Source of the DNA: a virus
Lineage: Duplodnaviria > Heunggongvirae > Uroviricota > Caudoviricetes
Virus record (IMG/VR): IMGVR_UViG_641736163_000010
DNA length: 39,990 nt
Strand: one strand, 5' to 3'
Positions 1 to 10,405 of this stretch are shown here, piece by piece (position 1 is the stretch's first letter; each line of letters opens with the position of its first letter). The translations under genes were made by a program, and so were the position numbers. The notes under the pieces were generated by a model. That model searched no databases. It was not told where the DNA came from and saw only the letters and a list, made by a program, of their open reading frames with translations.

Positions 1-235
1 TCAATAAATCCCATCATTGCGATCAACCTCATCCTTAACCATTGATGCGAGCAGTTCTTCCAGTTTCTGCGCTGATAGCTTTACCTGGTGATCTTCAGCA
101 TCTTCCCGGGCTATTGTGGTTCGCGCAGTGGCTGATTTTGCTGACATCACCACAGGGGGCAGACGGACCATTGAACCATGGCCTCCGGAACAAATAAGGG
201 CAAAAATAACAACCACTATCGAAAGCTCACAAACT

Positions 236-460
236 AACCGCAGCACGTTCCTGCATACGACGTGTCTGCGGCATAATCCCAATGATTACTCCCTGACAGG
301 ATTTGCAGGCCACTCAATATCAGGTGCAGTTGATGTATCAACACGATTCAACAATACCCGATATTTATTCCATGCCTCCAGCAACGATCTTTCTTCCTCC
401 GTTGCGATTTCCAGATCTACAGCATCCTGCAGTGGCGCAATATACTCACTGAATTCCTGG
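236..460. repeat. Direct repeat copy 1 (~220 bp; tfa 3' end plus downstream hairpin)
   Basis: Near-identical to 1286-1500, including the imperfect inverted repeat ccgcagcacgt...acgtgtctgcgg and the codons for the last ~50 residues of Tfa. Confidence 0.7.
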
Positions 461-555
461 ATGTAGAACTGTGTGGTGACGGTCTTCCAGCCATTCGGCT
501 CCTGCTGTATCGAAGCATACCAGGCTATTTCAATATCGCTATGCTGCGGCAGCAT
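286..555 (-). pseudogene. Tail fiber assembly protein remnant (C-terminal ~50 residues Tfa-like, unrelated N-terminus)
   Basis: ORF translation ends ...[52 protein letters not shown], almost identical to the C-terminus of the full tfa at 1335-1919; the first ~37 residues have no Tfa similarity. Confidence 0.5.
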
Positions 556-582
556 TTAACCCCTTGTAATTCATCGCCATAA

Positions 583-611
583 TTGATTTAATTCACAAAT
601 AAAACTATAAC
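583..611 (+). promoter_or_regulatory. Candidate sigma70 promoter of the methyltransferase moron (TTGATT-17 bp-TATAAC)
   Basis: Hexamers read directly from sequence; the -10 element abuts ATG 612, suggesting a leaderless or short-leader mRNA starting near ATG 624. Confidence 0.35.
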
Positions 612-1280
612 ATGGTGAAATCAATGAAAAAAAACACAGATGATGGGGCTAAAATTTACACACCACTTACCCTAAAGCTTTATGACTGGTGGGTTTTGGG
701 AGTATCAAATCGGCTTGCATGGGGATGTCCTACAAAGGAACACCTTCTTCCACACTTTCTGGAACATGTAGGTAACAACCATCTGGATATTGGTGTTGGA
801 ACTGGGTTTTACCTTACTCACGTACCTGAGAGTAGTCTGATATCTTTAATGGATTTGAACGAAGCTAGCCTGAACGCGGCATCTACAAGGGCTGGGGAAT
901 CAAAAATTAAACATAAAATTAGCCATGATGTTTTTGAACCTTATCCCGCGGCGTTACATGGTCAATTTGATTCCATTTCCATGTTTTACCTTCTTCACTG
1001 CCTGCCTGGAAATATATCTACAAAAAGCTGTGTAATACGCAATGCGGCGCAGGCCTTAACTGACGATGGAACTCTATACGGAGCCACAATTCTTGGCGAT
1101 GGAGTTGTGCACAATAGCTTCGGTCAAAAACTGATGCGCATTTACAATCAGAAAGGCATCTTTTCAAACACAAAAGATTCCGAAGAAGGCTTAACACATA
1201 TACTCTCAGAGCATTTCGAGAATGTTAAAACCAAGGTTCATGGTACTGTAGTAATGTTTTCCGCTTCAGGGAAAAAATAG
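612..1280 (+). CDS. Class I SAM-dependent methyltransferase (moron; probable small-molecule/protein MTase rather than DNA MTase)
   Basis: Motif I HLDIGVGTGFYL (Gly-rich SAM-binding loop); AT-rich relative to neighbours; opposite strand to phage genes; TTGATT-17-TATAAC promoter-like element ending at the first ATG, so translation may start at the second ATG (624). Confidence 0.7.
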   Translation: MVKSMKKNTDDGAKIYTPLTLKLYDWWVLGVSNRLAWGCPTKEHLLPHFLEHVGNNHLDIGVGTGFYLTHVPESSLISLMDLNEASLNAASTRAGESKIKHKISHDVFEPYPAALHGQFDSISMFYLLHCLPGNISTKSCVIRNAAQALTDDGTLYGATILGDGVVHNSFGQKLMRIYNQKGIFSNTKDSEEGLTHILSEHFENVKTKVHGTVVMFSASGKK

Positions 1281-1285
1281 CATCC

Positions 1286-1500
1286 AACCGCAGCACGTTC
1301 TTGCTTAAGACGTGCTGCGGCATAATCCCAATGATTACTCCCTGACAGGGTTCGTAGGCCACTCAATATCAGGTGCAGTTGATGTATCAACACGGTTCAG
1401 CAACACCCGATACTTTTTCCAGGCTTCCAGCAATGAGGTTTCTTCCTCCGTTACAATTTCCAGATCTGCAGCATCCTGAAGCGGCGCAATATGCTCACTG
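1286..1500. repeat. Direct repeat copy 2 (~220 bp; tfa 3' end plus 11-bp-stem hairpin at ~1288-1320)
   Basis: Near-identical to 236-460; hairpin ccgcagcacgt-N11-acgtgctgcgg lies between the convergent MTase and tfa stops. Confidence 0.7.
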
Positions 1501-1919
1501 GCTACCTGCATCAGGTTGTTTTTTGTTTCTTCCGCCTCCCGGATCCGGAACAGTTTTTCTGCTTCTGCATCTTTCACCCAGGTTGTGCCGTTCCACTTCT
1601 GAAACTCCCCTTCCGGCGATAACCAGGTAACATTTTCCGGTAATAAGCCGAGTTCAGAAATAAATAACGCGTCGCCGGAAGCTACGTCATAAACCGTTTT
1701 ACCCCGATGATCTTCAACGAGATGCCACGATGCCTCATCACTGTTGAAAACAGCCACAAAGCCAGCCGGAATATCTGGCGGTGCAATATCGGTACTGTTT
1801 GCTGGCAGACCTGTATGAGGCGGAATATATGCGTCACCTTCACCAATAAATTCATTAGTTCCGGCCAGCAGATTATAAATTTTTATGGTCCGTGCTTGTT
1901 CACTCATTCTGAATGCCAT
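1335..1919 (-). CDS. tfa: Tail fiber assembly protein Tfa
   Basis: 194 aa; [44 protein letters not shown]... is near-identical to lambda Tfa; start overlaps the stf stop (TAATG). Confidence 0.93.
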   Translation of the reverse strand: MAFRMSEQARTIKIYNLLAGTNEFIGEGDAYIPPHTGLPANSTDIAPPDIPAGFVAVFNSDEASWHLVEDHRGKTVYDVASGDALFISELGLLPENVTWLSPEGEFQKWNGTTWVKDAEAEKLFRIREAEETKNNLMQVASEHIAPLQDAADLEIVTEEETSLLEAWKKYRVLLNRVDTSTAPDIEWPTNPVRE

Positions 1920-4900
1920 TATGCAAGCCTCACAATATAGTTAAATGCGATGTTTTTGACGGTGTTTTCCGCGTTACCCGCAGCGTTAACGGTGATGGTG
2001 TGTCCATGTGAACCAATCGCAACGGAGTGCGTATGCGCACCAATACCTACAGTATGTGCATGTGCGCCAGAACTTGCTGCAGTACCAGACAGCGAGTGGG
2101 TATGAGCACCTGCTGACTGTGTCTGAATACGTTGATAATACGATCTATAGGAAGAAGTCCCCGGGCTTACTTGATACTGTGAATTCTGGACATAAGTGAA
2201 CCCACCGCCATCATAAAATGCTAACGCAGAACCGCCGCCTCCTGGCCAACGAATACCATTACCATGAGTATGAACACCGGCAGACCCCGTAGAGCCACTC
2301 AGACTGTGCGTATGCGCCCCGGTGTTATTCGTGGATTTAGTGCCGTAATCAAACGACGATGTGGTTTTCGTCCCCAAATCCGTACTGGATGCGCTGGCGC
2401 TGTGGGTATGCGATTTAATGCCGTCCTGTTCCTGAGACAATACGGCCCGACCACTGGCAGGTTTGCCCTTAATCGTCCAGCCACGCATATCAGGGATCAC
2501 GCCTGACGGATAAGCGGCTGCAAGTTTCGGGTAGGCAGATTTGTTAAAAGTCTGCCCCTGCATCAGGGCATAACCAGACGGAACGGTATCTGATGGCCAC
2601 GGGATTGGTGCGCCAACTGGGTAGCTTTCTGGTGGAAGATTTTTCGAGGTATAAACTTCTGCCCAGTCTTCCTCAAAACCATAACCGTCTCTTGAAGAAC
2701 GGTAGAACAGACCACGATTTCTGTAATGCGCCTTCATCTGCAGGGTCCGGCAACTTCCGACTCCGGTATAGAAGTTAACCAGAATATAGCTGTCGCCAGA
2801 GCGGGTGACATTGTAAGCGCCTGATTCGGCATTCCAGGGAACGGCTCCATCCGAATCCGCATAAGCCCCCGTCGAACGTCGGGCAAATGCACCAATATTT
2901 TCCGACGTGAGGTTAATATCCGCCGAGCCATCAAACTTAACACCGTTAATTTTTGGGGCTGCCGCAAGTTTCGTCGCGGTATCGGCGTTCCCCTTCAGTG
3001 CCCCGGTGATCCCATCAGTAACAGACAACGGACCTGAAATAGTCCCTCCAGTCGTTGGCAGCGCTCCAATATCTGATGGTGTAGGTTTCTGATGTGAGCT
3101 ATACATCGTATAAACAACACCACCGGTAACGCTGGAAGGCTTACTCGCTGAATATGTTGGCGAGGTATAAATAGAAACTGACGCATTTGTAGTACAATCC
3201 CAATGGATATTTACACTCGTCGCATAATTGCCAATCTCAACGTAAATATCATATGTATCGCCGGATGTGTTGATCCAGGCGAAATTCGTTAATCCGACGG
3301 CTGTACGCTTCCACAAAGCTCCGGTAATCCCTTTGGGCTTTCCATTGCCTGCTCGTAGAACCAGTTCTGAAATGCCTGCCTGCTGTGGGGAGCCGACGTT
3401 GTAACCAGCGCCACCAATCAATGTGATGTAAACGATGGAACTCGCTTGTGGCATGGTAACCGTTGCCAGTTTGAACCACCCTGCCCCGCCAGAGAAAGAG
3501 ATCGTTACTGAATTTAAAGTGCCAATATCTTTCGGTGTTAATGTTATATCCGCAGTCAGTGCTTTCCCGTTAACTTTTCGGTTAGATGGTACCCTGCCAT
3601 TCGCATTGTCATTCGCTGCTTTAACTGCCTTCGGTGTCGCGGCAAGCGTTTCAGATGTGCTGTTGGTCGCACTGCTGAGCTGTACTATCCCCTTTTTCGT
3701 CGTACTTGCATCCTCAAGCGCCACGGCGGATGCAATATCCTCTGCCCGTTTTGCCGCTGTCTCGGCGCGCGTTGCCGCGGATTCCGCCGTACTTTTGCTC
3801 TGTGCTGCCGCCGTCGCACTGCCAGCTGCCTCTGTCGCCTTCGTGGATGCTGTCGTGGCGCTGCCCTTCGCTGCTGACGCCTGTCTGGTCGCCTCATCTT
3901 TTGAAGCTGACGCCGATGATGCCGATGACGCCGCCGAACTGGCGGACGATGCGGCAGCCGTTTTTGAGGATTCTGCGCTGGTTTCCGACGCTTTCGCGTT
4001 CGTCTCGGATGTCTTCGCTGCGGAAGCAGACCTTGCTGCTGCACTGGCCTGTTCAGTGGCTTTGCCAGCCTTCGTTGTGGCTGTTGAAGCGGATGATGCG
4101 GCGCTTTCTGCCGATTTTCCGGCGGCGGTGGCACTGGCTGAGGCCTGCCCGGCACTTGTTGACGCGGCACTGGCAGATGATGCAGCCGCTGTTTTTGAGC
4201 CTGCCGCAGCTGAGGCACTCTGTCCCGCTGCCGTTTCAGAAGACCTGGCGTTCGTCTCGGACGTCTTTGCCGCCTTCGCGGAATTTCCTGCCGCCGTTGC
4301 CGAGGAAGCTGCACTACTGGCACTTGATGATGCATTCGTTTCTGAAGATTTCGCTGCCTCTTTTGAGGCCGCCGCACCCCGTGCCGAGGTGGCAGCTTCT
4401 GACGCCTTCGTGGTCGCTGTGGATGCAGAAGTGGCTGCCGATTTTTGTGATGCTGCGGCATTCGTTTCTGACGTTTTCGCGGCACTGGCGCTGGTAGCTG
4501 CCGCGCTTTTTGATGACTCTGCAGCAGCAGCACTTTTTGCTGCTTCACGGGCCTTTGTCGATGCCGTTCCTGCGCTGGAAGACGCTGACTGAGCCGACGA
4601 CGCGGCCTGTCCGGCTGACGTGCTGGCGGCACGTGCTGAGGCTGCAGCATCGGTTGCATGAGTTACCGCCTCGCTGGCTGATGCACTGGCATCGCTGGCT
4701 GATTTTTTCGCGGCTGCCGTATTCTGTGCAACCGCGGAGGCGTTACGTGACACTTCTTCCACCATCTGCTCAAAGCGGCGCAGTGCCTCCGGTCGGACAT
4801 CATCCTCCGTCATGGCACCGAGAAAATCATTCAGCGTACCTGGTCTGGAACCTTCATAGACGGTAATGGTCCCGGCATGTGAAGGCGGAAAACCTTCAAC

Positions 4901-5089
4901 CAGCAGGGTGACGCTGTACTGACCATGCTCAACATCCATGCTGTAACGTCCGGCTTCATCCGGATTTTCAGAGGCCACCGTGTTCACCACCACCGTGCTG
5001 CTGGTTCGTCTGGCCTTCAGCACAATGGTGCAGTTCTGTACTGGTTTTCCTGTGCCATCTTTAAGCACGCCAGAAATTTTTACTGTCAT
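1919..5089 (-). CDS. stf: Side tail fiber protein Stf (long Ala/Ser/Thr-rich central region; His-rich HxH C-terminal domain)
   Basis: N-terminus [60 protein letters not shown] matches lambda Stf; C-terminal GAHTHSLSG...[13 protein letters not shown] repeats typical of tail-fibre tips. Confidence 0.92.
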   Translation of the reverse strand: MTVKISGVLKDGTGKPVQNCTIVLKARRTSSTVVVNTVASENPDEAGRYSMDVEHGQYSVTLLVEGFPPSHAGTITVYEGSRPGTLNDFLGAMTEDDVRPEALRRFEQMVEEVSRNASAVAQNTAAAKKSASDASASASEAVTHATDAAASARAASTSAGQAASSAQSASSSAGTASTKAREAAKSAAAAESSKSAAATSASAAKTSETNAAASQKSAATSASTATTKASEAATSARGAAASKEAAKSSETNASSSASSAASSATAAGNSAKAAKTSETNARSSETAAGQSASAAAGSKTAAASSASAASTSAGQASASATAAGKSAESAASSASTATTKAGKATEQASAAARSASAAKTSETNAKASETSAESSKTAAASSASSAASSASSASASKDEATRQASAAKGSATTASTKATEAAGSATAAAQSKSTAESAATRAETAAKRAEDIASAVALEDASTTKKGIVQLSSATNSTSETLAATPKAVKAANDNANGRVPSNRKVNGKALTADITLTPKDIGTLNSVTISFSGGAGWFKLATVTMPQASSIVYITLIGGAGYNVGSPQQAGISELVLRAGNGKPKGITGALWKRTAVGLTNFAWINTSGDTYDIYVEIGNYATSVNIHWDCTTNASVSIYTSPTYSASKPSSVTGGVVYTMYSSHQKPTPSDIGALPTTGGTISGPLSVTDGITGALKGNADTATKLAAAPKINGVKFDGSADINLTSENIGAFARRSTGAYADSDGAVPWNAESGAYNVTRSGDSYILVNFYTGVGSCRTLQMKAHYRNRGLFYRSSRDGYGFEEDWAEVYTSKNLPPESYPVGAPIPWPSDTVPSGYALMQGQTFNKSAYPKLAAAYPSGVIPDMRGWTIKGKPASGRAVLSQEQDGIKSHTHSASASSTDLGTKTTSSFDYGTKSTNNTGAHTHSLSGSTGSAGVHTHGNGIRWPGGGGSALAFYDGGGFTYVQNSQYQVSPGTSSYRSYYQRIQTQSAGAHTHSLSGTAASSGAHAHTVGIGAHTHSVAIGSHGHTITVNAAGNAENTVKNIAFNYIVRLA

Positions 5090-5100
5090 ACTTTTCCACC

Positions 5101-5135
5101 AATAAAAAAAGCCCGCAGCAGTGACGCCACGGGCT
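5101..5135 (-). terminator. Rho-independent terminator downstream of lom
   Basis: Minus-strand hairpin AGCCCG-N14-CGGGCT followed by T7 (plus-strand aataaaaaaa gcccg...cgggct). Confidence 0.5.
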
Positions 5136-5240
5136 TCAGGACAGTGTAACTTTACGTTTCCTCAAACGCAGTTCACCCCATAAGGTGGATGAACCTGCGT
5201 ATCATAACAATATTTACAGAAGATAAATCGGCGTCTGTTG

Positions 5241-5840
5241 TCAGAAACGGTATCCGATACCAACAATAAATGCATCCGATCGCCAGTCGCCACTACCGGA
5301 ACCTTCATAAGCAAGGTCAATGGTCACGGATTCGGTCGGGTTAAACTGCACGCCAGCCCCCCACGCCAGAGACGTGTTGCTGTGGCGACCGTCATCACTT
5401 CCGGTCAGCACATCGTGCGTTTTCCCCTTGTTGTCAGTTACGCGGAGATAATCCCCGGAGAAAGTCGACACACGGCTGTAAGCCACACCCGCCATCGAAT
5501 ACGCGCTGAACCATTCATTCACGCGTACAGACGGCCCCGCCATCACGCTGAACCAGCGGTTACGCACGGAATCTTCATGCCAGCGGGTATCGCTGTAGCG
5601 CGTTTTTTGCTCATCCTCAGCATTGGCATAACTGAAGGACGTAATCAGCCCCAGCGCGTCCGTAAACTCATAACGGTATTTCACGTTAATCCCGTTCAGA
5701 TCATCACTACCGGGAACGTTCGTCGAGGCATGGAGATACCCCGCGCTCAGCGTGGACTGATGTTCTGCTGCACTCGCTGGCGTAGCAGCGGCGACCTGCC
5801 AGACTACTGCGGACAAAATAACAGCACATAATTTACGCAT
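5241..5840 (-). CDS. lom: Outer membrane protein Lom (Ail/Lom family beta-barrel)
   Basis: 199 aa with signal peptide; ...GINVKYRYEFTD...WFSVMAGPSV...AYEGSGSGDWRSDAFIVGIGYRF matches lambda Lom including the C-terminal GYxF. Confidence 0.92.
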   Translation of the reverse strand: MRKLCAVILSAVVWQVAAATPASAAEHQSTLSAGYLHASTNVPGSDDLNGINVKYRYEFTDALGLITSFSYANAEDEQKTRYSDTRWHEDSVRNRWFSVMAGPSVRVNEWFSAYSMAGVAYSRVSTFSGDYLRVTDNKGKTHDVLTGSDDGRHSNTSLAWGAGVQFNPTESVTIDLAYEGSGSGDWRSDAFIVGIGYRF

Positions 5841-5860
5841 AATTACCTCTCGCTTTTCTG

Positions 5861-5890
5861 CAATAAAAAAGGCGCCATTTCTGGCGCCCG
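5861..5890 (-). terminator. Rho-independent terminator downstream of J (tJ-like)
   Basis: Minus-strand hairpin GGCGCC-agaaat-GGCGCC followed by TTTTTTATT. Confidence 0.55.
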
Positions 5891-5907
5891 TATCTGGGTT
5901 ATAAAAT

Positions 5908-8900
5908 TCAGCTAATCGTGATGCCTGCAGTGGCTTTCTTCATCACCACAACCAGCAAATCGCTGATACTTGCTGTGGGATACCAGTTATTTACCAGCCA
6001 TGCTGACACCGAAAACTCCAGTGTCATGTGACCGTGACCGGCAGGCATATCAATAACACCACTGTAAATCAGCGTATTATCCAGCGCAGTACGGTTATAA
6101 ATTTCAGCACCGTTTTTCCGCACTATCAGACGGCATGAGGAGTAAATATCAGTATGCTCTTTCTCATGTTTAGCGCCGCTGAATGCCACCGCCGGAATAA
6201 CAATCTGCCGGTCAAACGGCTGATCGTCATAAACCCTGACGGTAATGGTTCCTGATGGCCACCGCTCCGGTGCACGGGAGTCCCGGGGGAAAGCTTTGCC
6301 CACTGTTTTAACGAGATCGCCTTCAATCTGGTTCGCGGACAATTTTCCCAGAACCCGACAGTTCTCGTTAATCGTGACGTTGTTGAGCGTCCCGGAGTTC
6401 GCATTCACGTTACCGCTGATATCGGCATTTTTCGCCGTCAGCCGCCCGTCCGGTGTCAGGGAAAATGCCGGAGGATTACCGCCGCTGGTAATGGTGGGAG
6501 CCGTCAGATATTTCAGGAACACTTCATTCATAAATATCTGATCGCCCTGACCAACAAACATCGGCTTTGTGTTGCCATTCGCAGGATTAATCATCGCAAT
6601 CCTGTCTGCCGCCAGCAGCACCTGACTCTGCATTCCTGCTGGCGTATTCTCAATACCGGCACCGATACCCGCAATATAAAGGCGTCCGTCCTGCATCTGC
6701 TGCAGTTTCACGGCCCACATGCTGTTCAGGTTATTATTTGTATCAACCTGAACTTTCTGTATCTGCTGGATTGCCGCACTCTGATTTTCCAGTTTTTTAT
6801 TGACGGTCTGCGTGATTTCATTGCTGACATTCGTAATGGACGTCCTGATTTCAGCCAGGTCCGGCGCAAGCTGACCGTTATCAATCTGCGTCCACAGCTC
6901 CTGGGCCAGATGTGTTTTCCCGATTTCTCCTTTGAAAAAATCCAGGTAACCTTCCGCATCATCGCTCGCCCGACCGACAGCCTCCACGAATGCCGATTTG
7001 CCAACAGTATTCACACTGCGGATATAAAAATAATAATCATGGCCCGGTTTGATATTGATACTGGCAGCTATCCAGTACAGCGCCGAGCCAAGATAGCGGG
7101 CTGCGGTTTCAACCTGCCTGATATCCGCAATCCGCTTTTCCGTGAACCAGAACTCAAACTGTACCGTCGGGTCATAAACGGCAAGATGCGGCGTGGCGGT
7201 TATCTGAAAATAGCCCGGCGTCAGCTCAATCCGCGACGGTGCTGCCGGTGCGGCAATCCGGAAGGTGGTGGTGGCAGGTTCACCCTGCTGGCCATAGCTG
7301 TTTATCGCCCGCACAGTCAGGGTGTATTCCCCGAGCGGCAGGCCGCTGAAACGGTGCTCCGTGTCTGCGGTGATGGCGGTGGTCACCAGTCTGGCATCCG
7401 TTCCCTTACCACTGGTCAGGCGCAGACTGAAGCGCACACCCTTCACCACCCGCGGCGTGTCCCATTTCGCCTGCGCCAGATACTGGCCGTCAGCTGCGCT
7501 CACCTCCACCGTCAGGTGCTGCACTGCCGGTGGGATGACGCTGTTCAGGGAACCTGACTGCGGCTCAAAGCGGGCACAGTTATCCACGATGGCTTCTTTT
7601 TCCGGTACGTGCTGCACCGCCGTGATGGCAAAGGTGCCGTCCGTGTTTTCCCGGACGGAGACACAGCGGAACAGGCGACGGCGCAGTGACGGCAGGGAGA
7701 GTCCCCACACCCCGTATGTCTCCACACCATCAGGCAGGGTACTGACCTGTATCCGGTCCGGCGCGGGGTGTTCGGTGATGTCCACACTCACTGGCTTACC
7801 GCTGCCGTTAATCAGGTTCACCGTGGCGGCACCGGTCTCCGGAAGTGTCACTTCACGGTCCAGCGTCAGGGTGCGGGTGGCAGCATCAATGGACAGGACA
7901 CGTCCGCCGGTCAGGGTCCCGGCATAGTCGTTATCACAGATTTCAATGATGTCACCGGGTGTGTGCCGCAGCCCCTGAGACCCGAGCGTGAAATCCACCG
8001 TCTGCGTTTCCAGCAGTTCGGTCTTTATCACCCACAGTCCGGCACGGTGGGCCTGACCGCGGCTGGTACAGCCGAACGCGTCCATCTTCAGCAGGTTGCG
8101 TCCGTAGCGCAGTATGGCTTCCGGGTCTTCCACCAGTTCCGTGGAGGTCTGCCAGCCGTTCTGCGGGTCGGTGTAATTCACCTCCACCGCCGTGTGCCGG
8201 TCCTTCAGGGCACTGAAGCTGTAGCGGAATCCCACGCCGTTATCATCCACCACCACATCGCTGTTGGTGTACGGCCACACCACATCCGACGGGCGGTCCT
8301 GCACGAACGTCAGCGTCTGACCGTTCCATACCGGCATACAGCGCATCGCAGAGCAGAAATCACTGAGAACGTCCCACGCCTTACGCTGTTGTGCCAGGTA
8401 CGCATTAAAGGTCATCCGCGGCTCGGTCCCCCCGAAACCATCCGGGACCGTCTGATCGCAGTACTGCCCGATGGCATACAGCGCCCACTTGTCCACATCC
8501 GCCGCCCCCAGACGTTTTCCCATGCCGTAGCGCGGGTGAGTCAGCATGTCCCACAGGCACCAGGCCGGGTTGTTGCTGTATGCCGGTTTCAGACTGCCGT
8601 CCCAGATACCACTGTACGTGCGTTTTTCCGGGTCATAGTTTGACGGCACCTGGATGATACGACCGCGGATATGGTAGTTCACCGTCATCTGCTGGCCGCC
8701 GAACTGCTCCGCATCCACCTGCAGCCCCACAATGGCCGTGTTCGGGTAGCACTGTTTCACATCGATGATTTCGGTGTATGACGACCACAGCGTCTTATTC
8801 TGCAGCTGGTCCGTGGTGCTGTCCGCCGTCTCCCTGACCATCCGGATGTTAAAGGGCCGGGGAGGCAGATTATCCAGAATCACCGAGGCCAGGAACTGTG

Positions 8901-9381
8901 AGGTGGTCTTGCCGTTAATGGTGACGTCCTTTTCTGTCACCCAGTTACCGTTACGCTGTAACTGAATCAGCAGGCGGACGGTTGCCGGGTTACGGTCACC
9001 CTTTGAGGTGGTCTCCACCAGTGACTGCACCCCGAAGGTAACCCGCAGGCGGTCAATGTTCGCGGACGTAATGGTGCGCGTCACCGGTTTTGCCTTCGTC
9101 ACTTCCACGCCCAGTCCGGTTTCAGCTCCGGAGGACTCAAAGCCTTCCGGTGGTGTCTGCTCCTGCTCCCCGGCACGCCAGACCGCGGTCACACCGTGTA
9201 TCACGGGATTACCGTCCGTGTCCGTCAGCGGGGTTTTGTTCACCAGAATACTCTGCAGTCCCTTCACCGGACCTTCTATCGGTCCCTCACCAATCGCATC
9301 AATCACACTCATCATCTGCGTGGATTTGAGATTATCCTTCGCCTCACGAGGCGTGTGTGCCTTACCGCCACCTTTTCCCAT
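5908..9381 (-). CDS. J: Host specificity protein J (central tail fibre/tip attachment protein)
   Basis: 1157 aa; N-terminus [39 protein letters not shown] is collinear with lambda gpJ; position between I and lom. Confidence 0.95.
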   Translation of the reverse strand: MGKGGGKAHTPREAKDNLKSTQMMSVIDAIGEGPIEGPVKGLQSILVNKTPLTDTDGNPVIHGVTAVWRAGEQEQTPPEGFESSGAETGLGVEVTKAKPVTRTITSANIDRLRVTFGVQSLVETTSKGDRNPATVRLLIQLQRNGNWVTEKDVTINGKTTSQFLASVILDNLPPRPFNIRMVRETADSTTDQLQNKTLWSSYTEIIDVKQCYPNTAIVGLQVDAEQFGGQQMTVNYHIRGRIIQVPSNYDPEKRTYSGIWDGSLKPAYSNNPAWCLWDMLTHPRYGMGKRLGAADVDKWALYAIGQYCDQTVPDGFGGTEPRMTFNAYLAQQRKAWDVLSDFCSAMRCMPVWNGQTLTFVQDRPSDVVWPYTNSDVVVDDNGVGFRYSFSALKDRHTAVEVNYTDPQNGWQTSTELVEDPEAILRYGRNLLKMDAFGCTSRGQAHRAGLWVIKTELLETQTVDFTLGSQGLRHTPGDIIEICDNDYAGTLTGGRVLSIDAATRTLTLDREVTLPETGAATVNLINGSGKPVSVDITEHPAPDRIQVSTLPDGVETYGVWGLSLPSLRRRLFRCVSVRENTDGTFAITAVQHVPEKEAIVDNCARFEPQSGSLNSVIPPAVQHLTVEVSAADGQYLAQAKWDTPRVVKGVRFSLRLTSGKGTDARLVTTAITADTEHRFSGLPLGEYTLTVRAINSYGQQGEPATTTFRIAAPAAPSRIELTPGYFQITATPHLAVYDPTVQFEFWFTEKRIADIRQVETAARYLGSALYWIAASINIKPGHDYYFYIRSVNTVGKSAFVEAVGRASDDAEGYLDFFKGEIGKTHLAQELWTQIDNGQLAPDLAEIRTSITNVSNEITQTVNKKLENQSAAIQQIQKVQVDTNNNLNSMWAVKLQQMQDGRLYIAGIGAGIENTPAGMQSQVLLAADRIAMINPANGNTKPMFVGQGDQIFMNEVFLKYLTAPTITSGGNPPAFSLTPDGRLTAKNADISGNVNANSGTLNNVTINENCRVLGKLSANQIEGDLVKTVGKAFPRDSRAPERWPSGTITVRVYDDQPFDRQIVIPAVAFSGAKHEKEHTDIYSSCRLIVRKNGAEIYNRTALDNTLIYSGVIDMPAGHGHMTLEFSVSAWLVNNWYPTASISDLLVVVMKKATAGITIS

Positions 9382-9487
9382 ACAGCCTTCCCCTGAATAA
9401 ATTAACCGCCACTTGCCATTCCGTACAGAAGTCGGATATCCTTCGCCCGAAAAGCATGAAACACATTTCTGCCATGCTAAAGAGAAA

Positions 9488-9519
9488 CCCCGGTATCAGC
9501 AGATACCGGGGTTTTCTTT
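9488..9519 (+). terminator. Intrinsic terminator-like hairpin in I-J intergenic insert (10-bp stem ccccggtatc/gataccgggg + TTTTCTTTC); partly bidirectional
   Basis: Perfect 10-bp stem with 4-nt loop followed by a T-run on the plus strand; the minus strand also has TTTCTCTTT after the stem. Confidence 0.5.
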
Positions 9520-9586
9520 CATGCCCACCGATAATCCTGTTGGTTAAAACCGGTAATGGCATAAAAATTCTGAATATCTTCACATT

Positions 9587-9614
9587 TTCACACACTGACT
9601 GTGGCGCGTATAAT
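9587..9614 (+). promoter_or_regulatory. Candidate sigma70 promoter (TTCACA-16 bp-TATAAT) inside the I-J intergenic insert
   Basis: Near-consensus -35 and consensus -10 read from sequence; points away from the phage late operon. Confidence 0.4.
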
Positions 9615-9620
9615 TTCTCT

Positions 9621-9718
9621 GCGTTAATTTTTTTGTCGTGATATAAGAATAATTCCTTACACTTAATCTTCGTAACTCTCCCGCAGTTCCTGTCCGCGAT
9701 CACTGCGGGATTTTTTTA
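9621..9718 (+). ncRNA. Candidate ~100-nt small RNA (promoter-to-terminator unit, no ORF)
   Basis: Bounded by the 9587-9614 promoter and the 9680-9718 terminator; no ATG-initiated ORF in between; located in a ~340-bp I-J gap that lambda itself lacks. Confidence 0.3.
9680..9718 (+). terminator. Rho-independent terminator (cccgcag...ctgcggg + ATTTTTTTATT)
   Basis: 7-bp GC-rich stem flanking a 16-nt loop, followed by T7 on the plus strand. Confidence 0.5.
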
Positions 9719-9724
9719 TTCTTT

Positions 9725-10405
9725 TTACCCCTGCCGCCCGATAACCACGACCTTCCCGTCACCGCCTTCATCACGGGTACTGATGTCCTGGGATATACGG
9801 CGGGAGCCAACCAGCATTTCCCCGTAAGGCACCGGCATCGGGTTCCCCTGGGCAATCATGTTATCCAGCGAGGAAAAGTACGTGTTCTGTCTGCCGTTAT
9901 CCGTTGCGCGGTAATCCGGTGTTTTTGCCTTCGGGGCCAGCATCTGGGCCACACCGCCCAGAATCATGCTGGCTCCAAGTGAAAACAGCATCGTGGTGGC
10001 AGAAAAACCACCGGCTGCCAGGGCTGAACCCCATAACGCCATTGATGCCCCGGCAGTGAAGAAAGAGCCCACGATGGCTGCCGCCCCCAACACAATCTGC
10101 AGTCCACCCTTTCCGGCCCCGGCCAGTCGCGGCACAATGTGGATGACCGTTCCCTCACCCAGCTGTTCGTGAAGGCGGGCGTACACCACCTCCGGTGCCG
10201 TGTCTTCACCGGCAATACGTATCTGGTACCAGCCTTCGTTCATCTGAAGGCGAAAGCCCGGCATCTGCATCGACAGGGCGCGAATGGCTTCCGCTGCCGT
10301 GTTCACATACAGGCTGAGGCGGCGGCCAAATCGTTGTAAATCCCCGTGAAGGCAGATGTGTGCCAGTGGCGGTGACGCCAGACAGAATGCGTTCGTCGTT
10401 GCCAT
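9725..10405 (-). CDS. I: Tail assembly protein I
   Basis: 226 aa; MATTNAFCLASPPLAHICLHGDLQRFGRRLSLYV... and C-terminal ...NTYFSSLDNMIAQGNPMPVPYGEMLVGSRRISQ match lambda gpI; Gly/Ala-rich hydrophobic middle. Confidence 0.92.
   Translation of the reverse strand: MATTNAFCLASPPLAHICLHGDLQRFGRRLSLYVNTAAEAIRALSMQMPGFRLQMNEGWYQIRIAGEDTAPEVVYARLHEQLGEGTVIHIVPRLAGAGKGGLQIVLGAAAIVGSFFTAGASMALWGSALAAGGFSATTMLFSLGASMILGGVAQMLAPKAKTPDYRATDNGRQNTYFSSLDNMIAQGNPMPVPYGEMLVGSRRISQDISTRDEGGDGKVVVIGRQG

Noticed and set aside
1-282. Minus-strand ORF at the left edge (93 aa from an alternative start; 56 aa from internal ATG at 171 with GGAGG upstream)
   Set aside because: No recognisable family and partly within the direct-repeat region; could be a real small gene but evidence is insufficient to annotate.
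3435-4659. Long ORFs on both strands inside stf (3435-4592 +, 3685-4659 -, 3706-4497 +) with Ala- or Arg/Pro/Gln-rich translations
   Set aside because: They lie within the GC-rich, low-complexity Ala/Ser/Thr-coding repeat region of the Stf tail fibre gene; repetitive codons keep alternative frames open. No start signals and the sense frame is the conserved one.
6910-8643. Plus-strand ORFs 6910-7557, 7322-7927 and 7768-8643 inside J
   Set aside because: Antisense to the well-supported J gene, no ribosome-binding sites, Arg/Pro-rich translations typical of spurious frames in GC-rich DNA.
9357-9703. ORFs 9357-9641 (+) and 9362-9703 (-) in the I-J intergenic insert
   Set aside because: No credible start context; they span promoter and terminator hairpins; the region is better explained as non-coding regulatory/sRNA sequence.
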